Position numbers and translations under genes: made by a program. This document shows, one piece after another, positions 63,788 to 64,000 of a stretch of DNA of 64,000 bases (position 1 is the stretch's first letter; each line of letters begins with the position of its first letter). Source of the stretch: the human T2T-CHM13v2.0 reference genome, Homo sapiens; the NCBI RefSeq assembly GCF_009914755.1, contig NC_060933.1. One strand, 5' to 3'. Under the pieces are notes generated by a model that worked only from the letters and a program-made list of their open reading frames with translations, made no database searches and had not been told where the DNA came from.

Positions 63788-64000
63788 GCATGGGGAGAAA
63801 GCAACCAACTTAGAAAACATATTTCAGGATATCATCTATGAAAACTTCGTCAACCTCTCTAGAAAGGCCAACATTCAAATTCAAAGAATATAGAGAACCT
63901 TTACAGGATGCTAAAAAAGAAGTCCATCCCCAAGACACATAATCATCAGATTCTCCAAGGCCAAAATGAATGAAAAAGTGATAAAGTAAGCTAACGAAAA
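63788..64000 (+). mobile_element. L1 ORF1 continuation (runs off the window)
   Basis: GEKATNLENIFQDIIYENFVNLSRKANIQIQRI..PSPRHIIIRFSK. Confidence 0.88.

Noticed and set aside
63312-63791. 159-aa ORF
   Set aside because: It lies in an L1 5'UTR and shows no coding hallmarks.

Overview
This is primate (human-like) genomic DNA with no intact protein-coding gene. It looks like a pericentromeric segmental-duplication mosaic. From left to right: (1) about 2.7 units of a ~3-kb tandem repeat built from rearranged MaLR (MST/THE1-type) LTR and internal sequence (1-8150). (2) A GC-rich 14/15-bp minisatellite with 43-bp and 86-bp higher-order periods (8150-9560). (3) An unprocessed TBC1D3/TBC1D26/USP6NL-family pseudogene fragment (4 exons) that runs directly into CYP4F pseudo-exons on the same strand. 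(4) A ZNF114-like zinc-finger pseudogene. (5) A HERV-K(HML-2) LTR5 solo LTR. (6) A full-length CNN2 retrocopy head-to-head with a GXYLT1 retrocopy. (7) A 3.3-kb inverted duplication (30149-33488 vs 45632-48943) carrying the CNN2 retrocopy 3' end. (8) AT-rich DNA with old transposons, ending in a 5'-inverted L1. All gene and repeat family calls rest on recalled consensus or protein sequences, not on database searches, and identities are by-eye estimates. I found no evidence of a functional novel system. The best candidates for a second look are the MaLR-derived macrosatellite and the adjacent minisatellite-TBC1D-CYP4F chimeric cassette.
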